From Azolla caroliniana (lineage: Eukaryota; Plantae; Polypodiophyta), in assembly GCA_043228905.1 (NCBI GenBank), contig JBHGNT010000017.1, positions 16,306,001-16,370,000 on the forward strand: a DNA stretch of 64,000 bases. The letters are read 5' to 3'. Under the pieces are notes generated by a model. The model saw nothing but the letters and a program-made list of their open reading frames with translations. It had not been told where the DNA came from and made no database searches. Positions 35,401-48,132 of this stretch are shown piece after piece (positions within the stretch are counted from its first letter, which is position 1; the number at the start of each line of letters is the position of its first letter). The position numbers and the translations under genes are program-made.

Positions 35401-38400
35401 TCCAATTTGTTTGTTTTTAATTTTTCATTCAATTTTTCGTTGTCTTTTCCTTCAATTTCTTCATTCACTGCTTCCTTTCAAGATTTCCCTTTTTATTGAA
35501 GCTTTTTGAATGTTTTTGAGAATGAACAACAATGCAATGATATTGAGGAGCATCATGAATGCACTATCTTTTAACCACGAAAAATCATACTCGGGTCCCC
35601 CTTGAGTGGTCCAGGGCTTACTACCTAAGTTGGTGGGAAACTACATCATGAAGCTAGCAACAATTTATGTGTTTAGGTTAGACAATGGCCTTTTGTGAGC
35701 GACAAACATCTCCAATAGAGGATCCATGGTTTCTTTGTGGGTTCTTCCCGTATTATGCAATGAGCTTCTCCTCTTTCTTCGTTTTGTATTTCAAACTTCC
35801 TTCAACCCGTAAACTTCTATCATGCAAACTTGGCCATGTCATGATAATATCAAAATCTCAATCCATGGGCCGTATCTTCATGTTTTCTTTCATGTTGGTT
35901 CATCTTTATGCTTCCTTCAATTTTTGGGTTTTTCTTTAATATTTATGTGTTATTATAAGTTTTCTATAACATCTTACTTATTTCTAGCCAAATTCTACCT
36001 TGAGGTTCTATCTACACGTATTCATTATTCCACGATTTCTTGATCCAACTACTTTCACAATTAGGTGCATGTTGACATTATTGCCAACGATGTATTGTAA
36101 GTTCCTGTAGTATTGTCTAATGCATTATAGTGAGGGTTTTCATTTGTTTGTTATCTAGGATCAATTTTACTTGCATCCTGTGGGCCGTGACCTTACTTAG
36201 ATACATAGTTGTTTCTAACCATTTGAACACAATTTGACTGATTGACAGATGTATTCGATTAGCAATCCTATATACTTCATGATTGATCACATATTTTTAT
36301 CATACTTTATATTTTAAATATATTTTATGAATCTTTATCATCACACTACGTGCATGCATTGTGGATATTGATGGCACGCATATAATTTTACAAGTAGCAC
36401 TTTGATAATATAAATTTCCTTTTTTCACCTTGGGTAGATAGATAATACAAACATTGGATAATTGACGTCGATCTATTATTTGGGAGTTGGAAAATGATAG
36501 CCTACCAAGCTATAGTTCACAGGCTATATTCTTAAATTGGTGCCAAGGATACAATCTTTGGAATGCACTAATTATTTATGCCCTTAGAAGTAGTTTTGAG
36601 CTTTATAAATAAATATAATTCCTTCGCAATCACATTGAGGTGTAAACTCAAATTCAATTTGTGCATTTAATTCCCATGTTCTTTTGTAGATTGCACGCAT
36701 AAAGTTAGAATAGTTCATATGAGATAGACATGAGTGCTGTATCTGGATGTAGCTCCACACTATGGCCATAATTCCATTCAATAATGTGATTGCAATTGAG
36801 ATTATTCTAGGGGAAATGTTACATCAACAACTTAGTAGTACAAATATGTGGACTGCAACACAGTGAAGTGGGGTCTAATTTATTCTATACGATAGGGATG
36901 ATTCTTCAACTTGTAAAGATTATGTGTAAATATTGTGGCGGTATTTACACAGAAACAATATATTGTATTCACGAAATCTATGCATAGGAAGAGAGTATTC
37001 CCAACTCAACAATGTTTTGACAATATTGGAAATACGATAGTGTACCCAAAAACAACTTGTCTTGTTAAAGAACAATGCCTTTTGCTAGGGTCAACCTTTA
37101 GTACCAATGATTTTTTGAAACCCTATCATATCAACCCTTTCAAAGAAACAGTGATAACTTATCAATAGCGATATCTTTGGTCATTACTTAATGGGTCAAT
37201 CTTTGTTTTAAAGGGGTTCATAATGAACAAGAGGGTATTCGAAGAATGTAGAGAGTAGAAAGGCGCAAATTGGTACTCTTGTAAATCCAAGGGATAATTT
37301 TAGGAATCTAAGGCATCTGTTGAGATATTTTTAAAATTTCTACATGCAGCTATGTGGATAGTGTAAGCTATGCACATTCGAAACTTGCAAATATTCTCCA
37401 TGCAAAGGAGCTAGCAAGGCGATTAAAGGTAAAAAAGAAAACAAGGAATTTTTTTTAATTAGCTACTTAATTAACTAATTAATTTATCATAATTTTTGGG
37501 CATGTGGGGTATAGGAGAGAGGGTGTCACGTGACTGCCAATGCTCTTCACCCTGGCATTGTGAAGACTAATATCACACGAGACCACGGAGGACTCCTTGC
37601 AGGTCATTGCTTTTTCTTTTTCTTTTTCTTACATAAATATATCAATCAAATTGGAATATATGAAATGCCAAATTCCCTAGCTTTAGATAATTACCAAAAT
37701 ATATCCCTCCCACCAATGAACTTTCAATCTTCAATGACTCCCTACTTCCTCCATTTCTCTCTCTCTCTCTCCACAACAAATTCACTCACTATCTAGATAA
37801 ACTCCATAGGCACAATCACTCTCTCTAGAGAAATTCCGTCTCTCAACCATGGGGCATATATTAATTTTTGTGTACACACACAATACAATCTTCTGCTATA
37901 GAGATTCTCATGGATCCACTGAGAAATTGAGTCACATAGAAGGAAAGTGTCCACTGGACTTAAAAAACACAAAGGATTTCCAAACATAAAGTGCTTTCAG
38001 TTTCGGAAAGTGTTGGTGGGATTTCCGAAAATGCAAAGGATTATTTTGAGAGTTATGAAAGCAACGCTAGGAGATGTAGTTGGGGGATTTTTGGAGCTAA
38101 AAACACACATAGGAGGGGTGCTTTGTGAATTTCAAGTGTTAGCATCACAAAAATGCCCCCCCCCCCTAGTTGAAATTTCTATTAACTAGCAATATTTAAT
38201 TTAATTTAATTTGACTACTTTTGCAGATGTAGTCTTGCGGTTTGCCTCCATATTTATGAAAACCATTCCTCAGGTAAATGAAATTTTCTCATTACCAATA
38301 GTCCCAACTAAGCCTTAGCAATGAAATTATTGTGGTCAAAATTCCATGTCAAGCATGGGTCAATCTGATTCATGAGCCATGCAGGCTGCGGCTACGGTTT

Positions 38401-38627
38401 GTTACGTGGCAACACATCCAAAGATGGAGGGATTGTCCGGAAAGTATTTTGTAGATTGCAGTGAAGCCAAGTGTTCAGCTTTAGCAAATGATGAGGCTCA
38501 AGCTCGCCAACTATGGAACTTTAGTGAACATCTCACATCTATGCAAACTAATTATATGTGTAGCTCATTTGGTTCCATGATGAAAGTTGTTAGCCATAAT
38601 GAATCATCTTATGATATTTGTAGATAG
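32365..38627 (+). CDS. short-chain dehydrogenase/reductase, TIC32-like, 8 exons, 354 aa
   Basis: Exons 32365-32479, 33411-33660, 34898-34977, 35132-35294, 37350-37428, 37515-37602, 38227-38273, 38385-38627. All introns GT-AG with consistent phases. Motifs TGATSGIG, LDLSSLASV, NNAG, FATNHLGHF, RIVNVSS, YAHSK, LHPG, GKYF. Confidence 0.95.
32667..33200. repeat. minisatellite in SDR intron 1, ~8.5 copies of a 59-67 bp unit
   Basis: Unit ac(g/a)attaatcgcggggc-T-run-gtcgagtttagt(ggatt)n-agtg. Confidence 0.92.
33411..33660 (+). CDS. SDR exon 2 (Rossmann fold)
   Basis: GATSGIGEEVARVLARRGARV...LPLNIL; acceptor ctatag, donor gtaagt. Confidence 0.95.
33705..34310. repeat. degenerate tandem repeat in SDR intron 2, ~7 copies of 65-115 bp
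   Basis: Recurrent ttttcctagagtttggtcact...catgtggtctaagactct. Confidence 0.88.
34898..34977 (+). CDS. SDR exon 3
   Basis: NNAGV...SEDGLEMNFATNHLG. Confidence 0.95.
35132..35294 (+). CDS. SDR exon 4
   Basis: HFLLTELVLERM...EGRIVNVSS. Confidence 0.95.
37350..37428 (+). CDS. SDR exon 5 (catalytic YxxxK)
   Basis: YAHSKLANILHAKELARRLK. Confidence 0.95.
37515..37602 (+). CDS. SDR exon 6
   Basis: VTANALHPGIVKTNITR. Confidence 0.95.
38227..38273 (+). CDS. SDR exon 7
   Basis: VVLRFASIFMKTIPQ; acceptor ttgcag, donor gtaaat. Confidence 0.9.
38385..38627 (+). CDS. SDR exon 8 (terminal)
   Basis: AAATVCYVATHP...GKYFVDC...A..LWNFSE; stop TAG. Confidence 0.93.
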   Translation, partial: AAATVCYVATHPKMEGLSGKYFVDCSEAKCSALANDEAQARQLWNFSEHLTSMQTNYMCSSFGSMMKVVSHNESSYDICR

Positions 38628-41270
38628 GAAATGATTATTCACCCAATTTTTGTTTGTGTCAACTTCACACACCATATTTCCTACTTGTAAATAAAAAATC
38701 CAAATAATTATGGCCTATAATTGGCTAAATCCGGATCCGACTTCCTTACATGGACAAGACCTGAAAGAAGTCGTCTAAAGTCTAACAGACTGTAAAAGAG
38801 GGGTATTAGCCAACAATACTCATCTCAAAAGATCAACTTGAGAAGTTCAAACACCCATAGGATGATGTTTTTACATTCTCAACATTGTTTATAAGTTTTT
38901 CAACGATGCAAATGAAAATGTAACTTCGAAGTTGGCCTTCAATAAAAAGAGAGATACCAATGTTTTCTAGCTTTTTAAACAAAATTTATAACTTGAAAAT
39001 AGACCGTCACTAAGTGAAATGTCATCCTAGATATAAATATATAGTATGTTGAATATGGATTTCTATAGTTTCGCTTTCCAAGCAAACTCGAAACTTGTGA
39101 TAAATGGCTTTCTATACTCATATAAACCATATATTTGTTTCATTCCATGCATTGTGACTCAATATTATATACTTGCATGAATTTATTGGATCACCCTACG
39201 TAATATAAGCTTCTCAACAAATGCATTGACCTTTTGGTTGCTTTGATTAACCATGTATTTATCATCCTATGCCCTTGGGTTTAAATCATTGTACTTGCAT
39301 TCATGTACTAGACACTTCGATATCTATGCCATATGGGTAAAATGCATAAGCATTTCCACGCTCTTCAGCTCATAGAGGCAATCATTCTCAACTTTGGGGC
39401 CCTCTATTTATTTTCTCTTGTGCGATTCTCTTGAAGGCAATGAATAAAGACACTCTCCCTTGCTCACCCTTTCTCTAGCTAAAATTCTTTTGATCAGTAT
39501 CCAAAATAGCATGAAATGGAAGGTAGCTTGAAGTCGAAGGTCAATTTGAACCATTCCTCCCCTTGATGTGTCTTGGTTTTCACACAAAACAACTTGAGAC
39601 ATATAGATGTATTATATATTTTCATGAACTCAATAGATGGAAAGTCCTTTGGTGGTTTTATAACCGCTACTTCATAATTGTAGACCAAAGAGTTTTTTTA
39701 AAGAAGGCTGCCATTTACTTTTGACATGTAAAACTTTTCAGAAAGCAACACTACTCTTGTGCAACTTTGCAATACGCATGTAGTTCTTATGAGAAAAGAC
39801 TAAAATGTAGTTATTTCCGTCAAGTGATATAGACTTGAATTGAATGCTTAAAATCTCCTCCATAGATCGATTGTAGAGGACTTTTCATGTTATATACATT
39901 TGGGAGTGTGTTTATGTCATGCAATACATGTAGGGTACAAAGTCCAACAACATGAACACGCATTAAAGGTATGAATATACTACTAAAGTGTTACAATTAT
40001 CTCATCAAATGGTAATAAATAAAAATCGTGCGAAATCCATCGTGCTCTTAATAGTGAAAATAACATTATTTTAAATGGGCAACTCAACAATATATTTATC
40101 GAGCACGAGAAACAACTTTTTTGAGAGAAGTGAAGAACATTGATTTTTGGCTATCTAAAGGTTGGCATCAATTTGTAGCCTTTTGACCCTTCAAGGCCAT
40201 AAGCATGACACGAGTTGTAAAAACTTACCATTTTTTACAACCTATGCTTCTTTAATATTCAAGTGATTGGTATGCCCTTTTGATGTTACGCCTCTTTAAA
40301 GAAACTTCCAAACACATACATATTTGGCATCAATTGATCACGAATTTCTACAAGTAATATATGTATATATCTGGGTTTAAAACATATGAGTTCTAGTATC
40401 TACCATATATGGTTGTTCAATGTTGGAAATTGCTTTCACACTTTCATGAGTTACACATTGGACATAAAAGCTTGTTTTGTATAGTATTTTATGTCTTAAG
40501 AAGATCAAGGGAAAACACTGTTTGCAAGATCTTTCCACGTATGGTAGAGTAAATTTGCCTTCATTTGGTCATGTTAATTTTGATGTTAATCATTGGTCTT
40601 CTTTTGGATTCTGCAAACTTGCTAGAACTTTTGTAAAAGCATGGATTTCCCCTGTTACCTCTTGCACACACAATACTACATTCATGATTGCCAATTTAAC
40701 ATAACTATGTACCAACTTGGTCATTTGAAGGTATGGTGAAATTGTAATTTTATATGGTAGGTATGTTAAAGCTGCAAACTCTTAAGGACAACAACATCAT
40801 GCCATATGCTAGTTCCCAAACATGTTTTGTTGGACTAATTTGAGTTGTTGAGAATTTTATATTCCTTGCAAATTTATGTAATGCATATCGATTAGTTTGA
40901 GTAGTGAGCCGTAATTAGGACTCTGATGATAATTTAGAACTAGTTATCCCATTAGGAAGATAAAAAAAGGTTTTCTATGTCTGCCAAATTAAATAGAAAT
41001 ACTATCATTTAAAAAATGTCAGAAATATTTTTAGAACCAATAAGCAGTCTTTCAATCTTGTATTTTATCATTTTAGTTTTGACTAATTAAGATATCTAAA
41101 ACAATCCATGATGTTTGGGGATTTTAAAGATTAATTTTGCTCTAATGATTGTATATATGTAGATTTATAAGTTTGTTGTCTCCATCCATAAGTTTTTGAC
41201 TTCACTTCTTGAGAAATCTGTGCTCATCTTAAAACTTCTTCATCATTTTTCTTTGGGGTCATGCATACAT

Positions 41271-42238
41271 GTTTATGCCTTGAAATATGGTTTTACAAAT
41301 CACTTTCAACATCTAAAGGGTTGAAAACAATAAAGGCCATGCCCACAATTCGAGAAATTATAAAAACATTTGGATAAAAATAAAGGCTATGCCCACTTAT
41401 GGATAATCTTTTAGAATTCAGATTAAAACGAAACAAATTCCAAAATAGGCAACCCTCAAATTGAAGAAATGCATACAAAATCAATTATTGAGGCGACATT
41501 CGCAATTTTTACTCTAAGATTTACTATCCAACTTTATCTTTCTTTGGGAGAAAGATTTCAAAAGTGATGTTTACTATATTTTAATAGGAATATCAATTAT
41601 GTTATTCAACTTTCTAGTTGTAGAAATAAGATAGGAATCAATGATGGATGAAAAGGTAACTTATTTTTCAAAAATAGAAAAAACACTATTATATATCCAT
41701 GAGAAACATTTATATACGTTGTTACACATTATGACAATGCATTGGATATATCTCTCCTATGCGTCATAGAAACTACTAATGCATTTACCACCTTTTCCCA
41801 ATTTCTCTTCAAATTGTGTTTTAGGACTTCATTCAATTCCTTTACTTTTATAATGTAAACTTCATCATATTGTTAACATGTCAATGTCAATCCATGCGTT
41901 AGATATGCTTTTACACTCTTAAAAAACGTATGTTCTTTCAAAACTACATCGTAGTTTCCATTACCAATCCAATAAGTGTATATAAAACATATAGTGATAC
42001 AATCTAGTGGAGGGTAAGATAGCAAAGAAAAAAGTATATCCCCCACTATGTCATAAGGTAAAACAAACTCCACCTATGGAGGAAACAACCATCGAGGGGG
42101 TAGATATTGCAAAACCATTTTATCATTTCTCTCCACAAATATGAACAATATCCTTTTTTAGGATGCCTTGAAAGTGATTTGTAAAACCATATTTCAAGGC
42201 ATAAACCATCCTTTAAAAATGTTTATGCCTTGAAATAT
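41271..42238. mobile_element. non-coding element bounded by perfect 39-bp inverted repeats plus an 18-bp terminal hairpin
   Basis: 41271-41309 is the reverse complement of 42168-42206; 42189-42206 is the reverse complement of 42221-42238. Confidence 0.6.
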
Positions 42239-42242
42239 CCTT

Positions 42243-43287
42243 TCACTTGCTTTTAAAGGACCGTTGTTTAAGAAAAATGGTATCTTCATTACCAGTGATG
42301 GAGTCATATTGACCTATTAAAATTGAATTAAGCATCAACCAACTTTCCTTCACACAATGAGCAAGATTTTGCTTTATTTGTTGAACACATTTTTGCATCA
42401 AGCTATCTATATATCCCACAAAATCACAGATGATATTGTAACCCATATTGTGGCATCTACATTCAACCAATTTGAGCCTAAATATGGTATGTCCTTAACT
42501 TGCCTTCCCCTAGTTTGAAGGGTAAATAAATTTTTTTCCCTTCCATAATTATGCTTATCCACATTTACATCCATCCAAAAGACATTTCCCCATGTAATCA
42601 CATTAGGTCCATACGCAACATCAATGAGGCACAACATACATTTCCAAATAGAACACGCAACCATACAATTCCATAATGCATGTTGCATTGATTCCAAATG
42701 AAACCCACAAAAAGAGCAAGTTTTGTTTCCCTTATCCATATGCATCCATTCCAAGACGGGAAGGGCATAATTGACACATAACCATCTAAATGTAATGATT
42801 TTGCGAGGGATCTACGACAACCATTTCCAAAACAAGAATATTGAATGCATAGGAATACTATTACTTAACCATACCTTAGTTCTAGTCGGCATAACTGGAT
42901 TCCTCCATTGGTATTCCCTACCAAATTTTACAGAGTAATCAAAGAAAGAAACCATCTTACTATTAGCATCTCTCCACCACCATTTCGTTGGATCCCACTC
43001 TAACTCCAATAAGTGTTTACTACCACAAACCCAAATATCCCACAAAGGTACATTTTTAGGATGGGGAACAATAATGCATACCTTTCTTGTTTTTGCAACC
43101 ACCCTAATAGGCTTCCTCTCCACTAAATTTAGAAGGTCATCCTCCACAGGAACCCATTGCAATTTTCCCTTGGAAGCCATTACATACGCCAAGAAGGATA
43201 CATTAGATGTATAAGCTCTTGCTCCAATCAAGACATTAAAAACGTATGATGTTACTTGAGCATATTGCCAATAAAGAGTTGAATCTA
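42243..43287 (-). pseudogene. L1-like LINE ORF2 C-terminal (zf-RVT) remnant; host of the LINE at 43288
   Basis: CSFCGFHLESMQHALWNC motif; LLELEWDPTKWWW resembles ~14510-14540 of the other LINE. Confidence 0.8.
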
Positions 43288-45058
43288 GATCATGGCTAAA
43301 GTTGTAAGTAGTCAATTGAAGACGGTACTAGGGGACATTATACATACAACGCAAACTGGCTTCCTAGAAAATTGGAGCATTGTTGACAATGTGATAACTT
43401 TCTAGGAGTATTCAGCATGGGCGGAGGAGCAAGAAGTGGACCTAGTAGTAATGTTACTCAACTTCGAAAAAGCATATGACACGATCTCATGGGAATTCCT
43501 AGAAGCAGTGATGGATGCCCTAGGCTTCGAGCAACAATGGATCCTTGGAACGGCTTCCTTTTACAAGGATGCTTCTAGCCAAGTTTTAATGGTTGGAAGC
43601 TTGGGGAAGAGCTTTAGGATGACACGATTGGTATGCCAAGGATGCCCATTGGCCCCGTACCTATTCATTATTGCAGCAGAAGATTTGCATTATCAGATTG
43701 TAGACATTGGCAAATACAAGGCCTTCCCCTACCCGAGGATGCAGGAATGATGCTTGATACAGAATATGCTGATGATACAACAACTTACGTTAAGGGGGAT
43801 GCAAACAACTTGGATAGACTGCAAAGTACAATAAATGAGTTTTGTAGGGGATTGGGTGCTAAAATAAACTAGAATAAATGAGTGGGCATCTGGATTAGCA
43901 ATAAGCCTGTGGTAAATTGGGTTCCAAACCCTTATTTCAGATGGTTGAGGAGAGGAGACGCTACTAGATACTTGGGTTTCAAAATCGAGATGGGCATTGA
44001 TAAGTCAGAACACTACAATCTACTTGTGGACAAAATAAAAGCGAACCTAATATGGTGGAATGCAAGAAAACTATCCTTTGCCACGAAGATTGTGATTGCA
44101 AATCAGGTTCTAATGGCCACAATATGGCATACTACAACATGTTGGATAATCACGCCCAAGTCGATGAAAGTGATAAAAAGGATGATCATAAATTTCGTAT
44201 GGGGGGCCATAGAGGAAAAACATGATCATGCAAAGGTTGCATGGACCACACTTATAAAAGATAAAAATGAAGGTGGGGTGGGACTAATAGATCCTGTGGT
44301 GCAAACAAAGGCCCTGATAGGAAAATTGGTGGTTAGGAGCTTGCACCCACCTGATGCACCTTGGAAAATTCTTTGGCGACACAAAGGGAAGATGTGGTTG
44401 CCAAGACAAGGTGGAAGTTGGCCAAGTAGCACTTTTTGGGGGTTTGTGCCAGAAATGCGACCCAAATACCAGGGATGTACACAGAGTATATGTGCTATTG
44501 GAATTATGAAGGCGTGGCAAGGAATTAGAAAAGGAATCATTTGTAGGTGGAGAAATGATGCATATGCTTGAATGTACATGCCTATTGTTTGGAACTCACT
44601 AATTAGAGATGTGGGTGGGCTGATGATAGGACAAAAAGCAGGCTTCAAATGGGCCAACTTAATCAATGCCCAAGGGAATACATTGACATATTGGAAGAGA
44701 TTTTTGTCTAATGATGTGGGCACTCAAAAGGCTAGAATATGGAGGATAAACAAGGGTAAATGCATGCTAATGAGGATTACAGATGCCATTGCACGCAACA
44801 GGCAAACCTTGGAAGATGACGCTATAAGTCCCTCTGAAATTGAATGGACAAGACTTATCCATGTTGAAAATTATCTAATTCGAATTAAGGGAATGAAAGC
44901 AAGATCTAATGAGGCATGCTACTACAAAATAGAGAATAGAATGGTAATATGTGAGCAACCAGCCTATCAAACTGAAAGGCCGATTAGGTTGCTAGCAAAA
45001 AATGGAGAGGATATGATAGTTGACCCCAAGCCGAGTGAGATCAAACCAACGATAGTGT

Positions 45059-45666
45059 TGTTGGGAATCAGCGCTTTGATTCACCTTCTTCACTCGGCCA
45101 CAACCGAGTAATCGCGGATCAATGCAGCAGAAAATAGGAACCAAAGAGAGAAACACACGAGTACACAGGGATTAACGTGGAAAACCCTAGATGGGAAAAA
45201 ACCACGGGAGTACAAGACTCCAAACAACACTATACAAAGAGAAGTATACAATGACGAGCTCCAAGGCGACGACCTTGAGCTCGCTGTCCTCGCCACAGGC
45301 GGCGGAAATACACAGAGGCGTCGTCCTCTTCCTCTCTCGCGCTCTATCTCTCTCTCTCTCACGGCTGCTCCCTCTTCACTCCTCTTGAGTGAAAAAACAG
45401 AAAAATGATCAGCAACACTAAAACAAATTGCCCTAAGTCATATTTATACATATATGACTTTGGGGCTATTTACAACTATAGCCTCAGGGGCCCATAGCAG
45501 ACATATTCACGGATATGTCCCTGCATTCGGATCGCTCTCCGGGTACATTCGTCATCCGGCTCCGAAGTCGGGGTCTTCCTCATCCGGTTCCGAAACCGAA
45601 ACCGGGCTTGTCGGCATTCATCTCCGATATCCGACCATCCCATCCGAAGGGACCGTAATTCCAACA
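45059..45666 (-). mobile_element. solo LTR (608 bp), copia-type, inserted in the LINE
   Basis: TGTTGG...CCAACA; TSD AGTGT at 45054-45058 and 45667-45671. Confidence 0.92.
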
Positions 45667-46506
45667 AGTGTGTTGACCGATAGAAGAGCATTCAAATCAT
45701 CTATCATGGGACCCAATGATGTATTTCTGGAGAACTCAAGGACGAATTGATGGTGCCAAGTTGGTTCAATTTTTCAGGTACAACATGAAAATTGGGAGGC
45801 AAATTATACTAAAACAAGAACACAAAGATATTGCAGCTCGTAAATTTTGGATACAAGAGGGCATTAGTGAAAGGAGATTAGCTAAATTCTGGAAAATGAT
45901 ATGGCATGACAGTGGTGACCGCAAGATAATGATGTGCTTATGGCTTATTGTGCATAGAGCCTTGCCGATAGGGGCGTGGGCTAAAGGCCCCAATGTAGAC
46001 CCTAGATGTAGTGCATGTGGACAACTAGAAAGCATTTCCCATTGTCTATAGCAATGTCATGAGGCAACGACTGTATGAGGAAGGGCATTACGATTGCTAT
46101 GCCATGCCTCTAGCTCATTTACCCTTAAATGGGGACATGCTTGTTGGAATTGTCTTGATGATGATGTCGAGAAATTTGATGGCACAAGCAAAGCAATGTA
46201 CAGAGGGGAGAATGGAACTATTTGATTGATCACTGATAACAATGCACCTACAATTAATGCCCAAAAGTAGAAAATTGGAGATATATGGATGTTGTTTGCA
46301 CCCATTATCATATGGAACATCTAGACAACAAGATGTACCAAAGTATTTTTTGCAAACAAACGGCCTCCAATAGAATCTATTAAGCTAATATGGCACACAT
46401 TAATAAGTACATTGGGGGCCCAATACGAGCGGATTGATGAGCAGATGATGCCTCAGAATTAATGAGGCTGAATTTCAGAAAACGATGGTGTACTACACCG
46501 ATGGCT

Positions 46507-46770
46507 GCAGAAGTTAGAGTGGATATACGTTGGCAGTACGTAGTACCGAGATGGTTGTTCCCCCCTCCCATTAGATGATAGAGGGGCACGAATGACATGA
46601 GAAAGATAGAGAACAAACATGTGGCTAAATTAGTGATGTAGCCCATGCAGAAATTGGAGTGGATATACCGAGATGGTTGTTCCCCCCTCCCATTAGATGA
46701 TAGAGGGGCATGAATGACATTAGAAAGATAGAGAACAAACATGTGGGCTAAATAAGTGATGTAGCCCATG
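46507..46770 (+). repeat. tandem duplication (~140/124 bp) in LINE 3' end
   Basis: taccgagatggttgttcccccctccc...gtagcccatg occurs twice. Confidence 0.9.
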
Positions 46771-47072
46771 TGGAAGTAGGTAATGACTACCCGTTAAAGG
46801 GACTAAAGTTGTGTATTGTATGTCATTTAAACTAATGGAGTATATGCTTATTTGGAAAAAAAATAAAAATAAAGAGTTGAATCTATATTTTACAATTCAT
46901 AATGAGGGAGAGGGATTTAATGAGATTTGAATAGAATGATTTATTTCCAAATTGGAGGCTTGTTTTGTCAAAATGTACAAATACTCGTAAAAGCATTTGC
47001 TATTTCTTGAGCAAATAAGAATAAAAAATGTTTACCTTTTTAGAAACAATACCCCCTAGATTATCCATATAC

Positions 47073-48132
47073 TGTTGTTGAAGCAAGGAGAAGTTGACGA
47101 GTTGTTTTTCTTGCAGAAAGGAAGACTGAACAACAGACAGAAAAAAGACACACATAAAATGTTTTGGCGGGTACAGAAAACCCTCGTTTTTTATTAACTT
47201 ATATATCTAATGATAATTAGTGAGAATTACCTTTTTGGCCTTTCTCACTATGTATCAATCTCCCACTAAAGGCCAAACAAGGGATCAACAAAGCTGATGG
47301 GAAGATTGCACAAGACCTACACATCCTACTTGATGAATATGTTACACAATATACATAAACAATGTGTAACCTAAAGACTAAGTAATTCCCATCAAGTGAC
47401 ATCAATGATCTAATGCATCATGCAGTAGAGATTTTGGTCAATGCATTTGCGGCATTTTTCTTGAGAGACAACTTTCTCAAGACTGATGTAGCCAACAACT
47501 ATGCATTCTCAGATTAAGTGATATTGCATTCCAATGTGTTTGGACTTTGCATAAACATAAACTCTTATTCTTGGTGCCACTTAGATATCTAAATATCCTT
47601 TTAACTGCCTCCCAATGTTTCTCACCAAGGTTTTGACAAAAATCTGCTCACAGCACCCATTGGTAATAGGCATTCATGAACTCTTTTTCATTATCAAATT
47701 TGGGGCATTCATCTTTGCTCAATTTAACATGCATAAATAATAGAGTGCTCAAAGGCTTTGCACTCTCCATATTAAACGTCTTGAGTATTTTGCATACATA
47801 CTCAGATTAAGACAAATAAATACATCCATTACTCCTATCCCGAGTAATAGGCATTCCAAGGATGTGTTTATCATTTCCCAAATTTTTCATATTGAAGGTT
47901 TGACTCAGATTTTTCTTTAGTTTGGACAACTCATCCTTGTTTTAACCGGCGTCATCTACATAGAGTATCAAAATCACATATGAATCATCTATACATTTCT
48001 TCGTATATAAGCATGAGTCTTCATTAGTCCTAGCATAAATTTGGGACCTCATGAAAGCATCAAATTTTTGATACCATTTTCGGGTTGATTGCTTTAGACC
48101 AGATAAACTTTTCTTAAGTTTACATACAAGCT
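47073..48132 (-). mobile_element. copia 3' fragment (RT, RNase H, PPT, short 3' LTR)
   Basis: LKKSLSGLKQ...LYVDD at 47942-48132; RNase H remnant ~47420-47520; PPT agtgggagat 47258-47267, then LTR ~47073-47257. Confidence 0.75.

Larger units (their letters stand above)
43288..46867 (+). mobile_element. 5'-truncated L1-like LINE with A-rich tail and TSD
   Basis: Begins inside RT (QTGF, NFEKAYD, QGCPLAPYL, YADD); zf-RVT CSACGQLESISHCL; A-rich tail ~46856-46869; TSD aataaagagttgaatcta at 43270-43287 and 46868-46885. Confidence 0.92.

Noticed and set aside
35295-35499. Hydrophobic ORF extension after SDR exon 4 as a membrane anchor
   Set aside because: It is T-rich intron read-through; a phase-consistent GT donor at 35295 joins the catalytic exon 5.
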